A stretch of DNA of 64,000 nucleotides from the NCBI RefSeq assembly GCF_026000115.1, contig NZ_AP026867.1, positions 2,713,716-2,777,715 on the forward strand, given 5' to 3'. Made by a program: the position numbers and the translations under genes. This DNA comes from Aureispira anguillae. GTDB lineage: Bacteria > Bacteroidota > Bacteroidia > Chitinophagales > Saprospiraceae. Positions 1 through 10,959 of the stretch are shown here, piece by piece; position 1 is the stretch's first letter; each line of letters opens with the position of its first letter. Under the pieces are notes generated by a model. That model saw only the letters and a program-made list of their open reading frames with translations. It did not search any database and was not told the origin of the DNA.

Positions 1-742
1 GTTGGTATTGATCGCACAGACGTCGAATTTCTTTTAAATATTGCGGCGAATAAATGCGCATTCCTCCCGCTCCTTGCACGATGGGCTCTAAAATAAAAGC
101 TGCGGCATCCCCAGCATTTTGTTCAAAAAAATCTTCGATCTCTAATAATTCAGCCGCACTCATTTTTCGATCAAACCCTAAGGTGGGTGCTTCTAGATAA
201 TAATGTTGGGGCATAAAATCTTGAAATAAATGATGCATTCCTGTCACGGGGTCACAAACAGACATCGCACCAGTTGTATCGCCATGATAGCCCTTTTTTA
301 ACGTCAAAAATTTAGATTTATGCTTCTTCCCTAGGGCGTGTTGATATTGAACGGCCATTTTCATAGCTACCTCAACCGCAATAGATCCACTGTCGCACAA
401 AAACACAGCATCTAAGCCTTTGGGCGTTAAATCAACTAGCTTTTTCCCTAAATCAATTGCTGGTTGATGGGTCAAGCCCCCAAACATAACATGTGCCATT
501 TGATCCGTCTGTGCTTTTGCTGCCTCATTCAAGAGGGGCTCATTATAACCGTGAATTGCCGACCACCAACTCGCTGTCCCATCAATTAGAACTTCTCCTG
601 TTGTTAGATAAATCCTAACCCCTTCTACCGACTCAACAGGGTAAACAGGTAAAGGCTTTGTCAAAGAGGTGTAAGGATGCCACAAATGGTGTCGATCAAA
701 CGCCAAATCTTCTTGGCTTATTGTTTTATCTATCGTTTTCAT
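1..742 (-). CDS. bioA: adenosylmethionine-8-amino-7-oxononanoate aminotransferase BioA. The C-terminus is truncated by the window edge. An alternative start lies at 757.
   Basis: The reverse-strand translation reads MKTIDKTISQEDLAFDRHHLWHPYTS...GYHGDTTGAMSVCDP...IVQGAGGMRIYSPQYLKEIRRLCDQYQ. This is nearly collinear with E. coli BioA (LAFDQRHIWHPYTSM, NGYHGDTFGAMSVCDP, IVQGAGGMRMY). The ORF is not in the track because it runs off the window. Confidence 0.85.
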   Translation of the reverse strand, partial: MKTIDKTISQEDLAFDRHHLWHPYTSLTKPLPVYPVESVEGVRIYLTTGEVLIDGTASWWSAIHGYNEPLLNEAAKAQTDQMAHVMFGGLTHQPAIDLGKKLVDLTPKGLDAVFLCDSGSIAVEVAMKMAVQYQHALGKKHKSKFLTLKKGYHGDTTGAMSVCDPVTGMHHLFQDFMPQHYYLEAPTLGFDRKMSAAELLEIEDFFEQNAGDAAAFILEPIVQGAGGMRIYSPQYLKEIRRLCDQYQ

Positions 743-790
743 TGTTTTTGTTTTCATTGAATACCTTTCCAATTTTGTTTCATTAATTAG

Positions 791-1249
791 CTACAATTTA
801 TAGCCAATTTCTTCTGTCAGTGCTACTCTACTTTTGGCAAAATGCCCTGTTCCAAAGGCAATTACTCGCTCTTTTTCATCGAACAAGGTAGATTCTGCAA
901 TCCAAAGATTTCTAGATGCAAATTTAACCGTTCCTACTGCTTTTATCAGTCCTTTGCTAATTGGGCGAACGATATTAATGTTATAGTTTGTCGTTAATAC
1001 AAAAGCATCCATTACAATAGAATTTACGGCAAAAAAGGCAGCATCGTCTAGGACTTTAAAATAAACACTACCATGCATTGCTCCCAAAGCATGAAAATAT
1101 TTGGGGCTTACTTCTAATGTTATAATTGCGCTTTCTTTTTTAATATTTAGACTTGTAGTTTCATAAAAACTACTGTTGATATTGGCTCCGTCCAAATACA
1201 TCCGCTCTAATTTTCGATAATGTGTTTCTGCTGTTGTCCTTGTCATAGT
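791..1249 (-). CDS. PaaI/hotdog-fold thioesterase. The track ORF extends to 1357, but the N-terminal 36 aa look like read-through, so the internal Met at 1249 is preferred.
   Basis: The 4HBT/PaaI pattern is present: an HGS(G) motif followed by a long central helix, and the C-terminal block VIAFGTGHF. The length of about 150 aa from the internal Met fits this family. Confidence 0.55.
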   Translation of the reverse strand, partial: TMTRTTAETHYRKLERMYLDGANINSSFYETTSLNIKKESAIITLEVSPKYFHALGAMHGSVYFKVLDDAAFFAVNSIVMDAFVLTTNYNINIVRPISKGLIKAVGTVKFASRNLWIAESTLFDEKERVIAFGTGHFAKSRVALTEEIGYKL

Positions 1250-1547
1250 TGTTAATTTGGGCAGCAAGATAAGCATTGCCAACAAGAATAAGAATTTCAC
1301 AAATACTTCAATCCAATAAAGTCTCCATTTAAGTAAATTAACTACCTTTACCTTCATTGATAAACAACTGGCAAAGAGCGATTAAACGATTTTTCTTATT
1401 ATTAAAAGTCAATCTATTTTTATAACAAATACCCTAAGTCGCCAAATCTTTCATTAAATATTGGTATTTTAGCGCACTAAAACGATTTAGCCATAGAAAC
1501 CTAAAACTCATCTTGGTCATTATTTTTGCGTTTACAAACATCTCATT

Positions 1548-4478
1548 TTGAACACTATGAACAAATACAGCCTGCTCATTTTCATCCTTTTCTGTATTGG
1601 GTGTACGCCCACCAATACAGAGCAAAACAAGCAACAAGAATCCCTAAGCCAATATGTTAATCCTTTTATTGGTACAGGCGGCCACGGGCATACTTATCCA
1701 GGGGCTACGCTTCCTTTTGGGATGATGCAACTCAGCCCAGATACTCGCTTGACAGGCTGGGACGGTTGCTCTGGCTACCATTATACAGACTCTACTATTT
1801 ATGGTTTTAGTCATACCCATCTTAGTGGAACAGGCGTTTCGGATTATGGAGATTTGTTATTGATGCCCCACAGCAAATCCAAAGCTGCTGATCTAGATTA
1901 CACCCAATTTCTCGCTACATTTGACAAGAAAAAAGAAAAGGCTAGCCCAGGATATTATGAAGTAGTTCTTTCAGAAGATGCTATAAAAGTTGCCTTATCA
2001 ACGACTGCTCGTTGTGGGATGCACCAATACACCTTCCCTTCCAATGCCGTGCAAAAAATAATGTTAGACTTGCAACATAGAGATCAATTATTGGAGGCTA
2101 AATTGGAAGTAATTGACGCACAAACCATACGTGGAATGCGCCGTTCTAACGCTTGGGCCACCGATCAACATTTTTATTTTTACCTTCAATTTTCCAAACC
2201 TTTTACCGATCAAAGCATTCTCCAAAATGAACAAAAGGAAAATGTACATGCTCAATTTACCTTTGATAATAACGAGGAAGCCCTTTATGTCAAGGTTGGC
2301 ATGTCTAGTGTATCAATGGAAGGGGCACAAAAAAATCTTGAAAAAGAAATTCCCCACTGGGATTTTAAGGCTGTCAAAGAGGCTGCTCAAGAGGCTTGGG
2401 AGGAGGAATTGCAAAAAGTAATGGTAAAAAGTGCTGATTTAGACAAAAAGACAATTTTTTATACCGCCTTGTATCATTCTTTCTTAGCGCCCAATCTATT
2501 TATGGATGTAGATGGTCAATATAGGGGGACTGATCTTAAGGTTCATCAGGCCAAAAACTTTTCTAATTATACCATTTTTTCTCTTTGGGACACCTTTCGA
2601 GGGACACATCCGCTATATACCATTTTGCAACGGAAACGAACACTCGATTTCATCCAAACTTTTCTAGCACAGTACCAACAAGGAGGGCAACTTCCTGTTT
2701 GGGAATTAGCGAGTAATTATACAGGTTGCATGATTGGTTATCACTCCGTTTCGGTTATAGCCGATGCTTATGCCAAAGGCATTCGAGATTTTGATACCCA
2801 ACTGGCACTAGAAGCAATGAATCATAGCGCTATGCAGGATCATTTAGGGCTATCTTTTTATAAAGAAAAGGGCTTTATCGCTTGCGATGATGAAGCGGAG
2901 TCCGTTTCTAAAACCTTGGAATATGCCTATGACGACTGGTGTATTGCAGAATTTGCCAAAGCAATCGGAAATGATTCGATGTATCAATATTATATCCAAC
3001 GTGCCCAATCTTACAAAAACTTGTACGATCCCAACACTAATTTTTTAAGGGGTAGAATTCACGGGGGGTGGTTTACTCCTTTTGAGCCTAGCGAAGTTAA
3101 TTTTAATTATACAGAGGCCAATGGCTGGCAGTATACCCTTTTTGCCCCTCAAGATATCGCAGGGTTGATTGATTTGATGGGAGGAACGAGTTCTTTTGAA
3201 AAGATGTTAGATGAACTTTTTGAAACCGAAAGTAAGCTAGAAGGACGCCACCAAGTAGATATTACGGGTTTGATTGGTCAATATGCACACGGCAATGAAC
3301 CAAGTCATCACGTTGCTTATCTATATAATTATATTCACAAACCATGGAAAACACAAGAGCGTGTTCAACAAATCATGGAAGAAATGTACCAAAATGCGCC
3401 TGATGGGCTCTCTGGAAATGAAGATTGTGGTCAAATGTCTTCTTGGTATAATCTATCCGCTATGGGTTTTTATTCTGTAAGTCCTGGCACCAATTATTAT
3501 ACCATTGGAAGTCCCGCTTTTGAAGCCATTACCATCAACCTAGAAAATGGAAAGCAATTTCGTATCAAAGCACCAAAACTTAGTGCAACCAACCTTTATA
3601 TTCAATCGATAAAACTCAATGGAAATAATTACAACAAGACTTATCTCTTGCACGAAGATATTTTGGCTGGTGGAGAATTAGTTTTTGAAATGGGAAATAC
3701 GCCCAACAAAAAGTGGGGCATTGCTAGTCAATCGATCCCTCCTTCAAGCATCCAAGATCAACTAATTGTTACGGCTCCTTATTTGGTTACCACTGGTAAA
3801 ACATTTACGGACAGTACAACGATCCAAATGGGTACAGCTTGTACCAACTGCTCGCTTCATTATACAACAGATGGCAGCATCCCTACCTCAGAAAGTCCTG
3901 TTTATGAAAATCCCATTACGATAAAAGAAACAACTGCTTTTAACTTAATTTCTATCGATAAAACAGGCAAAAAAAGTACGCTCATTCACGAAGACATTAT
4001 AAAGGTTGACGACAGTAGAACAATCCAAATCAACACTAAATATGCCAATCAATATGCAGCAGGCGGAGACCAAGCCTTGATTGACCATCTGCGTGGTGGC
4101 GCTAATTTTAGAACAGGATCTTGGCAAGGTTACCGAGAGAATTTAGAATGTGTGATTGATTTGAGCGAAAACCGATCCTTTTCGAGCATTACGGTTGGTT
4201 TTCTGCAAGATATTCAAGCTTGGATTTTTTATCCAAAGAAAGTTACTTATTACGGCTCTCAAGATGGGCAAAATTTCTCCTTAATGGGAGAAGTTCTTTG
4301 TGACTTCCCAGACAACGAATATGGAGCCTTCACTAAAGATTTTAGTTTTAAACCGTCTCAAAATATGCATACTCGCTATATAAAAATTGTAGCTGAGAAT
4401 TATGGCAATTGCCCCGACTGGCATTTAGGAGCTGGTGGAAAAACATGGGTTTTTGCCGATGAAATTTTAGTTCAATAA
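1548..4478 (+). CDS. GH92 alpha-mannosidase lipoprotein. It carries extra C-terminal chitobiase-type (CHB_HEX_C) and F5/8 type C discoidin domains.
   Basis: A signal peptide with lipobox reads ...LFCIGC. The protein is GH92-like throughout (NPFIGTGGHGHTYPGATLPFGMMQLSPDT, DYGD, a conserved Glu/Asp region). The C-terminal 230 aa show CSLHYTTDGSIPT (CHB_HEX_C) and a discoidin-like end. Confidence 0.85.
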   Translation: MNTMNKYSLLIFILFCIGCTPTNTEQNKQQESLSQYVNPFIGTGGHGHTYPGATLPFGMMQLSPDTRLTGWDGCSGYHYTDSTIYGFSHTHLSGTGVSDYGDLLLMPHSKSKAADLDYTQFLATFDKKKEKASPGYYEVVLSEDAIKVALSTTARCGMHQYTFPSNAVQKIMLDLQHRDQLLEAKLEVIDAQTIRGMRRSNAWATDQHFYFYLQFSKPFTDQSILQNEQKENVHAQFTFDNNEEALYVKVGMSSVSMEGAQKNLEKEIPHWDFKAVKEAAQEAWEEELQKVMVKSADLDKKTIFYTALYHSFLAPNLFMDVDGQYRGTDLKVHQAKNFSNYTIFSLWDTFRGTHPLYTILQRKRTLDFIQTFLAQYQQGGQLPVWELASNYTGCMIGYHSVSVIADAYAKGIRDFDTQLALEAMNHSAMQDHLGLSFYKEKGFIACDDEAESVSKTLEYAYDDWCIAEFAKAIGNDSMYQYYIQRAQSYKNLYDPNTNFLRGRIHGGWFTPFEPSEVNFNYTEANGWQYTLFAPQDIAGLIDLMGGTSSFEKMLDELFETESKLEGRHQVDITGLIGQYAHGNEPSHHVAYLYNYIHKPWKTQERVQQIMEEMYQNAPDGLSGNEDCGQMSSWYNLSAMGFYSVSPGTNYYTIGSPAFEAITINLENGKQFRIKAPKLSATNLYIQSIKLNGNNYNKTYLLHEDILAGGELVFEMGNTPNKKWGIASQSIPPSSIQDQLIVTAPYLVTTGKTFTDSTTIQMGTACTNCSLHYTTDGSIPTSESPVYENPITIKETTAFNLISIDKTGKKSTLIHEDIIKVDDSRTIQINTKYANQYAAGGDQALIDHLRGGANFRTGSWQGYRENLECVIDLSENRSFSSITVGFLQDIQAWIFYPKKVTYYGSQDGQNFSLMGEVLCDFPDNEYGAFTKDFSFKPSQNMHTRYIKIVAENYGNCPDWHLGAGGKTWVFADEILVQ

Positions 4479-4512
4479 GTGTATTTATCTAATTGTATCC
4501 CACTCTAAAGTC

Positions 4513-4549
4513 GAGTGCTGCAATAATTTTATTGTGGCACTCTTTTTTT
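4513..4549 (+). terminator. rho-independent terminator after the GH92 gene
   Basis: The stem gagtgctgcaataa / ttattgtggcactc is followed by a T7 run. Confidence 0.5.
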
Positions 4550-4869
4550 GTTTATGCTCCATAGAATTGGGTTCATCCATTTGCTAAAAAAGAACGCCAC
4601 TAAAAAAATATCCTTAAGAATTTAGAATTCAAAACTAGTAACTAATCAAAAATGCCTATCTTTGCCCCGATAACGAGTTGCAGTGCGTTTGGGGCACTAA
4701 AATTTGGTTCTATTTAGAAATTAGAATAGTTCATTGAACTTTTGTAATAAACACAAAAAACACACTTATAGCACACTGATTATTACAGCCCAATGAACAG
4801 CATTAGCGGCATAGCACTTTGTGCATTTCTGAGGTTTTAGTGAACTATTAAAATTAATCAAGTTTAGTA

Positions 4870-5940
4870 ATGAGAGAATTTCCAAAAATTACAGACCCTA
4901 TCTTTGTTAAGAAAGAATTAAAAGGCATGGACAAATTTTTTGCCACCAAAATTAGGGATGAGCGTGATTTGCCTTTTATCTATTTAATCATAAAAATAAC
5001 TTTTATTCTAATTCCCTCTGCCATTTTATTGTATAGCCCCTTATTGCAAGGAAATTTGTGGTGGGGCGGGGCTGCCTTCCATTTGTTTTTGTGCATTATT
5101 GTCTTTTTAGGTCCTTATACCTTAATGTTACACAACACGAGTCATCGTCCATTTTTTAAGAAAGAAAATGAAATTTGGAATAAATATATTCCTTGGATTT
5201 TAGGTCCTTTTATGGGACAATCGCCAGAGTTGTATTTTATTCACCACATGGGAATGCATCACAACGAAGGGAATATGCCAGAAGATAAGAGTTCTACCAT
5301 GCCCTTTCAAAGAGATAGCTTTTTTAACTTTTTACACTATTATTTGCGCTTTTTGTTTATCGGAATCATAGAATTAACACAGTATTTTTTCAGTAAGAAA
5401 AAAAATGCCCTTGGTATAAAAGCAGCTAGAGCCGAATTTCTTTATTTGTCGTTCTTAGCATTGCTTTGCGTATTTGTCAATTGGGGAGCAACCATGGCCG
5501 TATTTATTATTCCTTTGTTGATTATTCGCTTGGCAATGATGTCAGGAAACTGGGGGCAACATGCATTTGTAGACCCAGACGAACCAGACAATGATTATAC
5601 CAGCAGTATTACTTGCATCAATTCAGGTTACAATCAAAAATGTTTTAATGATGGTTATCATATTGGTCATCATTTGGTTCCTAATATGCATTGGACGGAC
5701 ATGCCAGTTGAGTTGCAAAATAATCTTCAAAAATACTCTGATAACAAGTCATTAATTTTTGAAGGGCTAGATTTCCAAATTGTATGGATTTTATTGATGC
5801 TTAAGCGTTATAACACTTTGGCAAATCACTTGGTTAATATCAATGGCAATACCTTTGCTTCTAAAGAAGAAGCTATCCAAATTATGAAACATCGCACCAA
5901 GCGTTTTTCTAAAGAAAAGCTACAATTTTATACGCAATAG
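4870..5940 (+). CDS. membrane fatty-acid desaturase family protein with three His boxes
   Basis: The three boxes HNTSH, HHMGMHH and HIGHH sit in the order and spacing typical of di-iron membrane desaturases/hydroxylases. There are multiple TM helices. Confidence 0.7.
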   Translation: MREFPKITDPIFVKKELKGMDKFFATKIRDERDLPFIYLIIKITFILIPSAILLYSPLLQGNLWWGGAAFHLFLCIIVFLGPYTLMLHNTSHRPFFKKENEIWNKYIPWILGPFMGQSPELYFIHHMGMHHNEGNMPEDKSSTMPFQRDSFFNFLHYYLRFLFIGIIELTQYFFSKKKNALGIKAARAEFLYLSFLALLCVFVNWGATMAVFIIPLLIIRLAMMSGNWGQHAFVDPDEPDNDYTSSITCINSGYNQKCFNDGYHIGHHLVPNMHWTDMPVELQNNLQKYSDNKSLIFEGLDFQIVWILLMLKRYNTLANHLVNINGNTFASKEEAIQIMKHRTKRFSKEKLQFYTQ

Positions 5941-5970
5941 TTTTTATATCAGTGCTTATATCACCTATAT

Positions 5971-6008
5971 AAAAAAACGGATTAGCTAAGAGCTAATCCG
6001 TTTTTTTT
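5971..6008. terminator. bidirectional rho-independent terminator
   Basis: A perfect stem cggattagct-aag-agctaatccg is flanked by an A7 run upstream and a T8 run downstream. Confidence 0.6.
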
Positions 6009-6166
6009 ATGTAATTTATTACTCTCAATCAACTCATTATTATAACACTCCAATCAAAACGCTGTAATTTTTCGTGTAAAAAAATAACAAAACTAATTAA
6101 TCTAATCTAATTCGTTTTGTACTTTTATAGTCTTAATTTTTAAATTACAAATAAATCTAACCCAAA

Positions 6167-6760
6167 ATGAAAAAATTGATCTCCCCCACTTGCTTATTAA
6201 GCTGTTTGTTTGCTGCCCTTTTCCTCCTGTCTAGCTTTTCTGTTGACTATTCTAGATCAGATAGTAGAGATGATAACCCTCCCATTACTAAAAAAGAAAA
6301 TCGCCGCAAAAATAGATTAGAAAAACGCCAAGCAAAACTCACCAAACGCCTAAAAAAAAGCAAATCTACGGCTCAACGCCAAGCCATCCAGAAAAAAATT
6401 AGAGGCATTCAAAAAAAGCAAAATGATGGCGGCACACCAGCAATTGGTATTGTAGGAATGGTACTTTCGTGCATTTCATTTGTTTTGCTATTAGTCTTAT
6501 TATTTTCTGCCTTGATACTTCTTTTTATTACGGTGTTGGGAGGAACTGCTGCCTCCACTGGGTTCCCTTACTTATTTTTAATTGTACTAGGTTTGGGAGT
6601 TGCCTTTGCAGGACTAGTAATTTCTATTATATCTCTTATCCTCAATAAAAATAATCCTGAACGATTCACAAGAAGAGGCTTTGGTATTGCAGGAATGATT
6701 ATAGGTTCAATTGCCTTAGGTATCTTTCTTATTGCTGCGCTTATCTTCTTTTTTGCTTAA
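6167..6760 (+). CDS. hypothetical membrane protein. It has a signal/TM segment, a Lys/Arg-rich segment, and four C-terminal TM helices.
   Basis: The ORF has a clean N-terminal hydrophobic segment and a highly basic stretch KKENRRKNRLEKRQAKLTKRLKK. The C-terminal half is hydrophobic and GxxxG-rich. Confidence 0.45.
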   Translation: MKKLISPTCLLSCLFAALFLLSSFSVDYSRSDSRDDNPPITKKENRRKNRLEKRQAKLTKRLKKSKSTAQRQAIQKKIRGIQKKQNDGGTPAIGIVGMVLSCISFVLLLVLLFSALILLFITVLGGTAASTGFPYLFLIVLGLGVAFAGLVISIISLILNKNNPERFTRRGFGIAGMIIGSIALGIFLIAALIFFFA

Positions 6761-6789
6761 CATCAAGCATTTCAAATTATAACGATAGA

Positions 6790-6830
6790 ATGGATCTATT
6801 CCCCTCTACTGGAGAATAGATCCATTTTTG
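6790..6830 (+). terminator. rho-independent terminator
   Basis: The stem atggatctattc / gaatagatccat (12 bp, perfect) is followed by TTTTT. Confidence 0.55.
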
Positions 6831-7177
6831 TCCTTATCTAATTAGGGGTTTAAAATTTATCAGCAACTTTGTGGCTTTTGGGGAACGAAAAAGGCAAAAT
6901 TGTTGTTGTCCCCTCATCTATATTGTTCATATACTACAAAATTCAACCTATTATATCTTTTCACGTTTATAATAAACTAAAAAGATTTAAGTAATCGTTC
7001 ACAATAATTTACAGGAAAAAATAAATCTTTTTGCACTACTCTTCCTCTAAAAGTTTTGTTTTAGCTCGCTAAAACTTCAACTTTTTTCTTTGATTAGCAC
7101 TAAAAATAATTATTTTTTTTACCTATACTTTTTTATGCCCGCTTACTTACCTATGAAAAACTAAATTCAAACCCATT

Positions 7178-9301
7178 ATGAAAACAACCTTGTATCCTGA
7201 AAACCCTAGCCTTAGCACCAAAAAACTAACGGCATTAACTCCTTCTTATCAATTTAGAGCCATTCTTGCCATCTTAGCCATCTTTGTATTTTTTGCCTTA
7301 TACACTGCTATGGTTATTGCCCTAGGTTATCTAATTTATTATGCCTTTATGTACAATATGGGCATTATCAACCAACTAACTATTTTATTAAAAATTGGAG
7401 CCATTGCTGCTTCAATTATGTTATTTGTTTTTACGCTAAAGTTTGTCTTTAAATTAAAAAATCCAAAGCCTAATAATCGAATAAAGCTTCAAAAGAAAGA
7501 TTATCCTGAGCTTTGGGATTTTATTGACAAAATATGTAGCGATACTGGCGCTCCTAAACCCAAAGCTATCTATGCTGATCCAGATGTTAATGCCTACGTT
7601 TCGTACACCAACGTATGGCTAAGTCTCCTATTTCCAGTCAAAAAAGAGTTGACCATTGGGCTAGGCTTGGTTAGTACTCTAAATTTATCTGAATTTAAGG
7701 CTGTTATTAGTCATGAATTTGGTCATTTTGCACAGCGAAGCATGAAAATTGGTAGTTATATCAATTCTGCCAACACCATTATTTTTGATATGATTTATGC
7801 TAGAGACAAATGGGATGATATGTTGGATCAATGGCGAAATGCAGATCTTCGTTTATCCGCAGCAGCTTGGGCAATAACGCCTGTTATTTGGGGAATTCGA
7901 CAGATCTTAGGAGGATTTTATCAATTTTTGAATATTATGTACTCCTCCCTCTCTCGAGAAATGGAATTTAATGCCGATAAAATTGCTGTTAGTACTTCTG
8001 GTAGTGATGCTATTATTGCCGCTCTTTGGAAACTGGACAAAGGGTTTATCAACTGGAATGAAACCGTAAATCATGCTTATTTGGCAACTCAAAAGAACAT
8101 TTTTGTACAAAATCTTTATGTGCACAATAACTTTGCTATTGAGCGTTCTTCCGCTCAGCAAAAAGAATTGCTTCACAGCTTGCCAATGGATGAACGAGGA
8201 GGCAAATTGTATTTTGAAGGTTCCGAAAACTCTAAGGTTAGCATGTACGCTAGTCATCCTCCTAACGACCAACGAGAGCAAAATGCTAAAAGCCCTTATA
8301 TTCCTTGTCAAATGGACGATCGCCAGCCTTGGTTGTTGTTTAGAAATAAAGAAGCTTTACAAGAAGAAATGACGACCTTGCTCTATCAACTTTACTTCAA
8401 TCTAAAACCCTCTTCTTATGTAGATACTCAAGCCTTTGAAGATTTTATTCGTGCAGAATCTAAAGGAAATGAATTGCTAGAAGAATATCACCATACCTTC
8501 CAAGATCGCTTTTTATCCGTTTCAGACATGACAGCCCTAAAAGAAGCTGCTCAAACTATTCAAGCCCCTAATAAAAAACAACTAGAGCAAATAAAATTGG
8601 ATTTGCAAGAGCTAATGAAGCCTGTACAGGAGATTGAGGGCTTGATGCGCAAAGCACAAGAAATTGCCCAAGGCACCACCAAAGATAAATCCTTTGTTTT
8701 TCAGGGGCAAACTTACCAGAAAAAGACCGTACAAAAAGGCTATCTAAACTTGTCCGAAGAACGAGAAAAGCTATTCAGTGAAAGTTTTAAGGAGTGGGAT
8801 ATGAACTTTTGTGCCTTCCATTTATCCTTGGCGCAACAAGTAGGCAAAGAACAAACCTTGCTTGATTTATACCAACAGCATTTAGCGATTATTGATATTT
8901 TTAAAACCCTTATTAATGTCAAAAACTATGTCCATCAAGAACTTCATAACATTCAATCTAGAGATGATGTTTCACAATTTGAGATTGATGAATTTGGCGC
9001 TCAAATTAATAAAGGCTTAGATCAACTTAATGCCGTTCTAGACGATTTAGAGCAGCTTAATTTTGCTGCATTGCCTAATATTGATACCACCCAAGAGCTA
9101 AAAGAAGCAATTGTACAAAATGGTTACTTTAAGAAAGAAAATCATAAACGTATGTTTGAGAATGGGGGCTTTGATCGAATTATGCAAACGATAGAAACAG
9201 CATTAAGCCATTGTCAGCGCATTGATCAAAAAAGCATTGGCTTTATTTTACTGTCTCATCACGAATTGCAAGAAGAGAACAAGATTAAACATTCTTTTTA
9301 A
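7178..9301 (+). CDS. M48-family zinc metalloprotease. It has N-terminal TM helices and a long C-terminal coiled-coil/helical extension.
   Basis: The HEFGHF (HExxH) motif lies in an M48/Ste24-like context. Three to four N-terminal TM helices are present. The protein is 707 aa. Confidence 0.7.
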   Translation: MKTTLYPENPSLSTKKLTALTPSYQFRAILAILAIFVFFALYTAMVIALGYLIYYAFMYNMGIINQLTILLKIGAIAASIMLFVFTLKFVFKLKNPKPNNRIKLQKKDYPELWDFIDKICSDTGAPKPKAIYADPDVNAYVSYTNVWLSLLFPVKKELTIGLGLVSTLNLSEFKAVISHEFGHFAQRSMKIGSYINSANTIIFDMIYARDKWDDMLDQWRNADLRLSAAAWAITPVIWGIRQILGGFYQFLNIMYSSLSREMEFNADKIAVSTSGSDAIIAALWKLDKGFINWNETVNHAYLATQKNIFVQNLYVHNNFAIERSSAQQKELLHSLPMDERGGKLYFEGSENSKVSMYASHPPNDQREQNAKSPYIPCQMDDRQPWLLFRNKEALQEEMTTLLYQLYFNLKPSSYVDTQAFEDFIRAESKGNELLEEYHHTFQDRFLSVSDMTALKEAAQTIQAPNKKQLEQIKLDLQELMKPVQEIEGLMRKAQEIAQGTTKDKSFVFQGQTYQKKTVQKGYLNLSEEREKLFSESFKEWDMNFCAFHLSLAQQVGKEQTLLDLYQQHLAIIDIFKTLINVKNYVHQELHNIQSRDDVSQFEIDEFGAQINKGLDQLNAVLDDLEQLNFAALPNIDTTQELKEAIVQNGYFKKENHKRMFENGGFDRIMQTIETALSHCQRIDQKSIGFILLSHHELQEENKIKHSF

Positions 9302-9343
9302 TGTTAAATTTATTCTATTTTTAGCAGAGAATATTTTATCGGA

Positions 9344-9380
9344 GTAAAGAATCTATCCTAGCCTAAGATAGGTTCTTTAC
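9344..9380 (+). terminator. stem-loop without a clear U-tract; a possible weak terminator or RNA processing site
   Basis: The stem gtaaagaatctatc / gataggttctttac is 14 bp with one G-U pair. No T-run follows. Confidence 0.3.
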
Positions 9381-9525
9381 AATTCAACGTTGAGAGATGA
9401 GCAGTTTCTTTTCTTTAGTTAAACGCCATAAATTGCCTTTGGTGCATCTTATAAGATAGCTCCCTTACTTTCGCAAGCTCATTACAGACAATTTAAATTA
9501 CAATAGTTCCTATATAAATTAATAG

Positions 9526-10806
9526 ATGAAACGCTACCAATTATTTATACTATTTATAACTTGCTTTTTTTTATTTTATAAAAACGCTACAGCTCAAAAC
9601 AAACCCAATAAAACACTAACTGAGGAAAATAAAAAATCAAAAAAGTATTTAAATTCCATTGACTTTTTGTCTATTTCTTCTTTGCTCCAAGAGATCCAAC
9701 AATTGCACCATCAAAAAAATATAGCGGCAGCAAAGGATTCTTTAACAGCAGTTCATCAACTTATAAAGCAACAAAAAACAAAACTATTAGCTCCCAGCCT
9801 CAAACGAATCCAAGAAGATTCTATTGAACAGCTAAAACAAATCAATCGTTACCTTTCCGACTATTACTTGGCTTCATGGTTACAACTGGTTCTAGAAGAA
9901 AAGCCATCTATTGGGCAAGATTTTCTGAGGAAAAATAAGTGGTTTAAGTTGTCTATAGAAGTGGGCAAATTTTCCAATATATTCCAACTTCTAAAATTAT
10001 CCGACCAGTACTATGGTAGCACTTCTGAGATTTATTTAAAAAACTGGAAAGCAGCTTATATAAACTGTGCTTTGGAACCACTCTATTATAAACAAGCCGA
10101 GGAATTATGGCTGCAATTAATTGCCTGTCGTGTTCAAAAATTTGGCATGGAAAGCAAGGAACACCTAGACGTTCTTTTTGGTTTGTCTAATTTTTACAAC
10201 CGAATCAAAAACGCTACAGCTTATCAGCAAATAAGAACTCAAGTTGAACAGCAGTGGCCTGCCGCTTATGAACTAGAAAAAGTGAAAAATACGACCACAG
10301 CAGCCCCTTTGCCCCCCATTGAAGAAGCCCCTATCATTACGACTTGTGAAGTGGAAATGGATGAGGAAAAGGAAATCGAAGACGTAGAAATAAAAAATAT
10401 AGAAGAAACTGCCACCACCACAGATCATTTACCACCAGTATTTGTTGTGGTGGAACAAATGCCACGATTCCCTGGTTGTGAGTCTGAAACGAGCCTTCTG
10501 ATGGAAAAAAAACGCTGTTCTGACCAAACCTTGTTGTCTTATATGTATACCCACTTTAACTATTCAGATATTCCTCGAAAAGATGGCATGGGTGGTATAA
10601 GTATAATTAACTTTATTGTAACGGAACATGGAACAATTGTCAATGCCCAAATTATCCGTAATACAGGAGGAGATCCCATAGGCGAAGAATCCCTACGCAT
10701 TATCCAATTTATGAATGAATTGCCACGTAGGTGGACTCCTGGCAAAGACAAAGGGAAACCTGTACGAGTAAAACTCAATCTTCCCTTTCGAATTAATTTA
10801 AAATAA
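9526..10806 (+). CDS. secreted protein with a C-terminal TonB (energy transducer) domain
   Basis: A signal peptide is present. The C-terminal about 90 aa match the TonB_C pattern (PVFVVVEQMPRFPGCE...GTIVNAQIIRNTGG...LNLPFRINLK). Confidence 0.6.
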   Translation: MKRYQLFILFITCFFLFYKNATAQNKPNKTLTEENKKSKKYLNSIDFLSISSLLQEIQQLHHQKNIAAAKDSLTAVHQLIKQQKTKLLAPSLKRIQEDSIEQLKQINRYLSDYYLASWLQLVLEEKPSIGQDFLRKNKWFKLSIEVGKFSNIFQLLKLSDQYYGSTSEIYLKNWKAAYINCALEPLYYKQAEELWLQLIACRVQKFGMESKEHLDVLFGLSNFYNRIKNATAYQQIRTQVEQQWPAAYELEKVKNTTTAAPLPPIEEAPIITTCEVEMDEEKEIEDVEIKNIEETATTTDHLPPVFVVVEQMPRFPGCESETSLLMEKKRCSDQTLLSYMYTHFNYSDIPRKDGMGGISIINFIVTEHGTIVNAQIIRNTGGDPIGEESLRIIQFMNELPRRWTPGKDKGKPVRVKLNLPFRINLK

Positions 10807-10959
10807 TTGTTTTTATTTCATTCATTGCTCCGCTAGAAACCTGAATAACCTAGCAACACAGTTAATCAGCGAAGTATTATCCATTAACTCCCCTAATTTT
10901 TTAGATCATTGCACGTTAATATTTTAGCTCCTATCAAGGAGCTAAAATATTACCCATAG

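Noticed and set aside
1434-1637. 67-aa minus-strand ORF overlapping the GH92 start
   Set aside because: It overlaps the signal-peptide region of GH92, so it is likely spurious.
2113-3480. ORFs 2113-2421 and 3274-3480 within the GH92 gene, and 3945-4127 on the minus strand
   Set aside because: They are out-of-frame overlaps of a strongly supported CDS.
7907-8922. Overlapping ORFs inside the M48 protease gene (7907-8311 -, 8073-8372 +, 8740-8922 -)
   Set aside because: They are alternative-frame artefacts of an AT-rich coding region.
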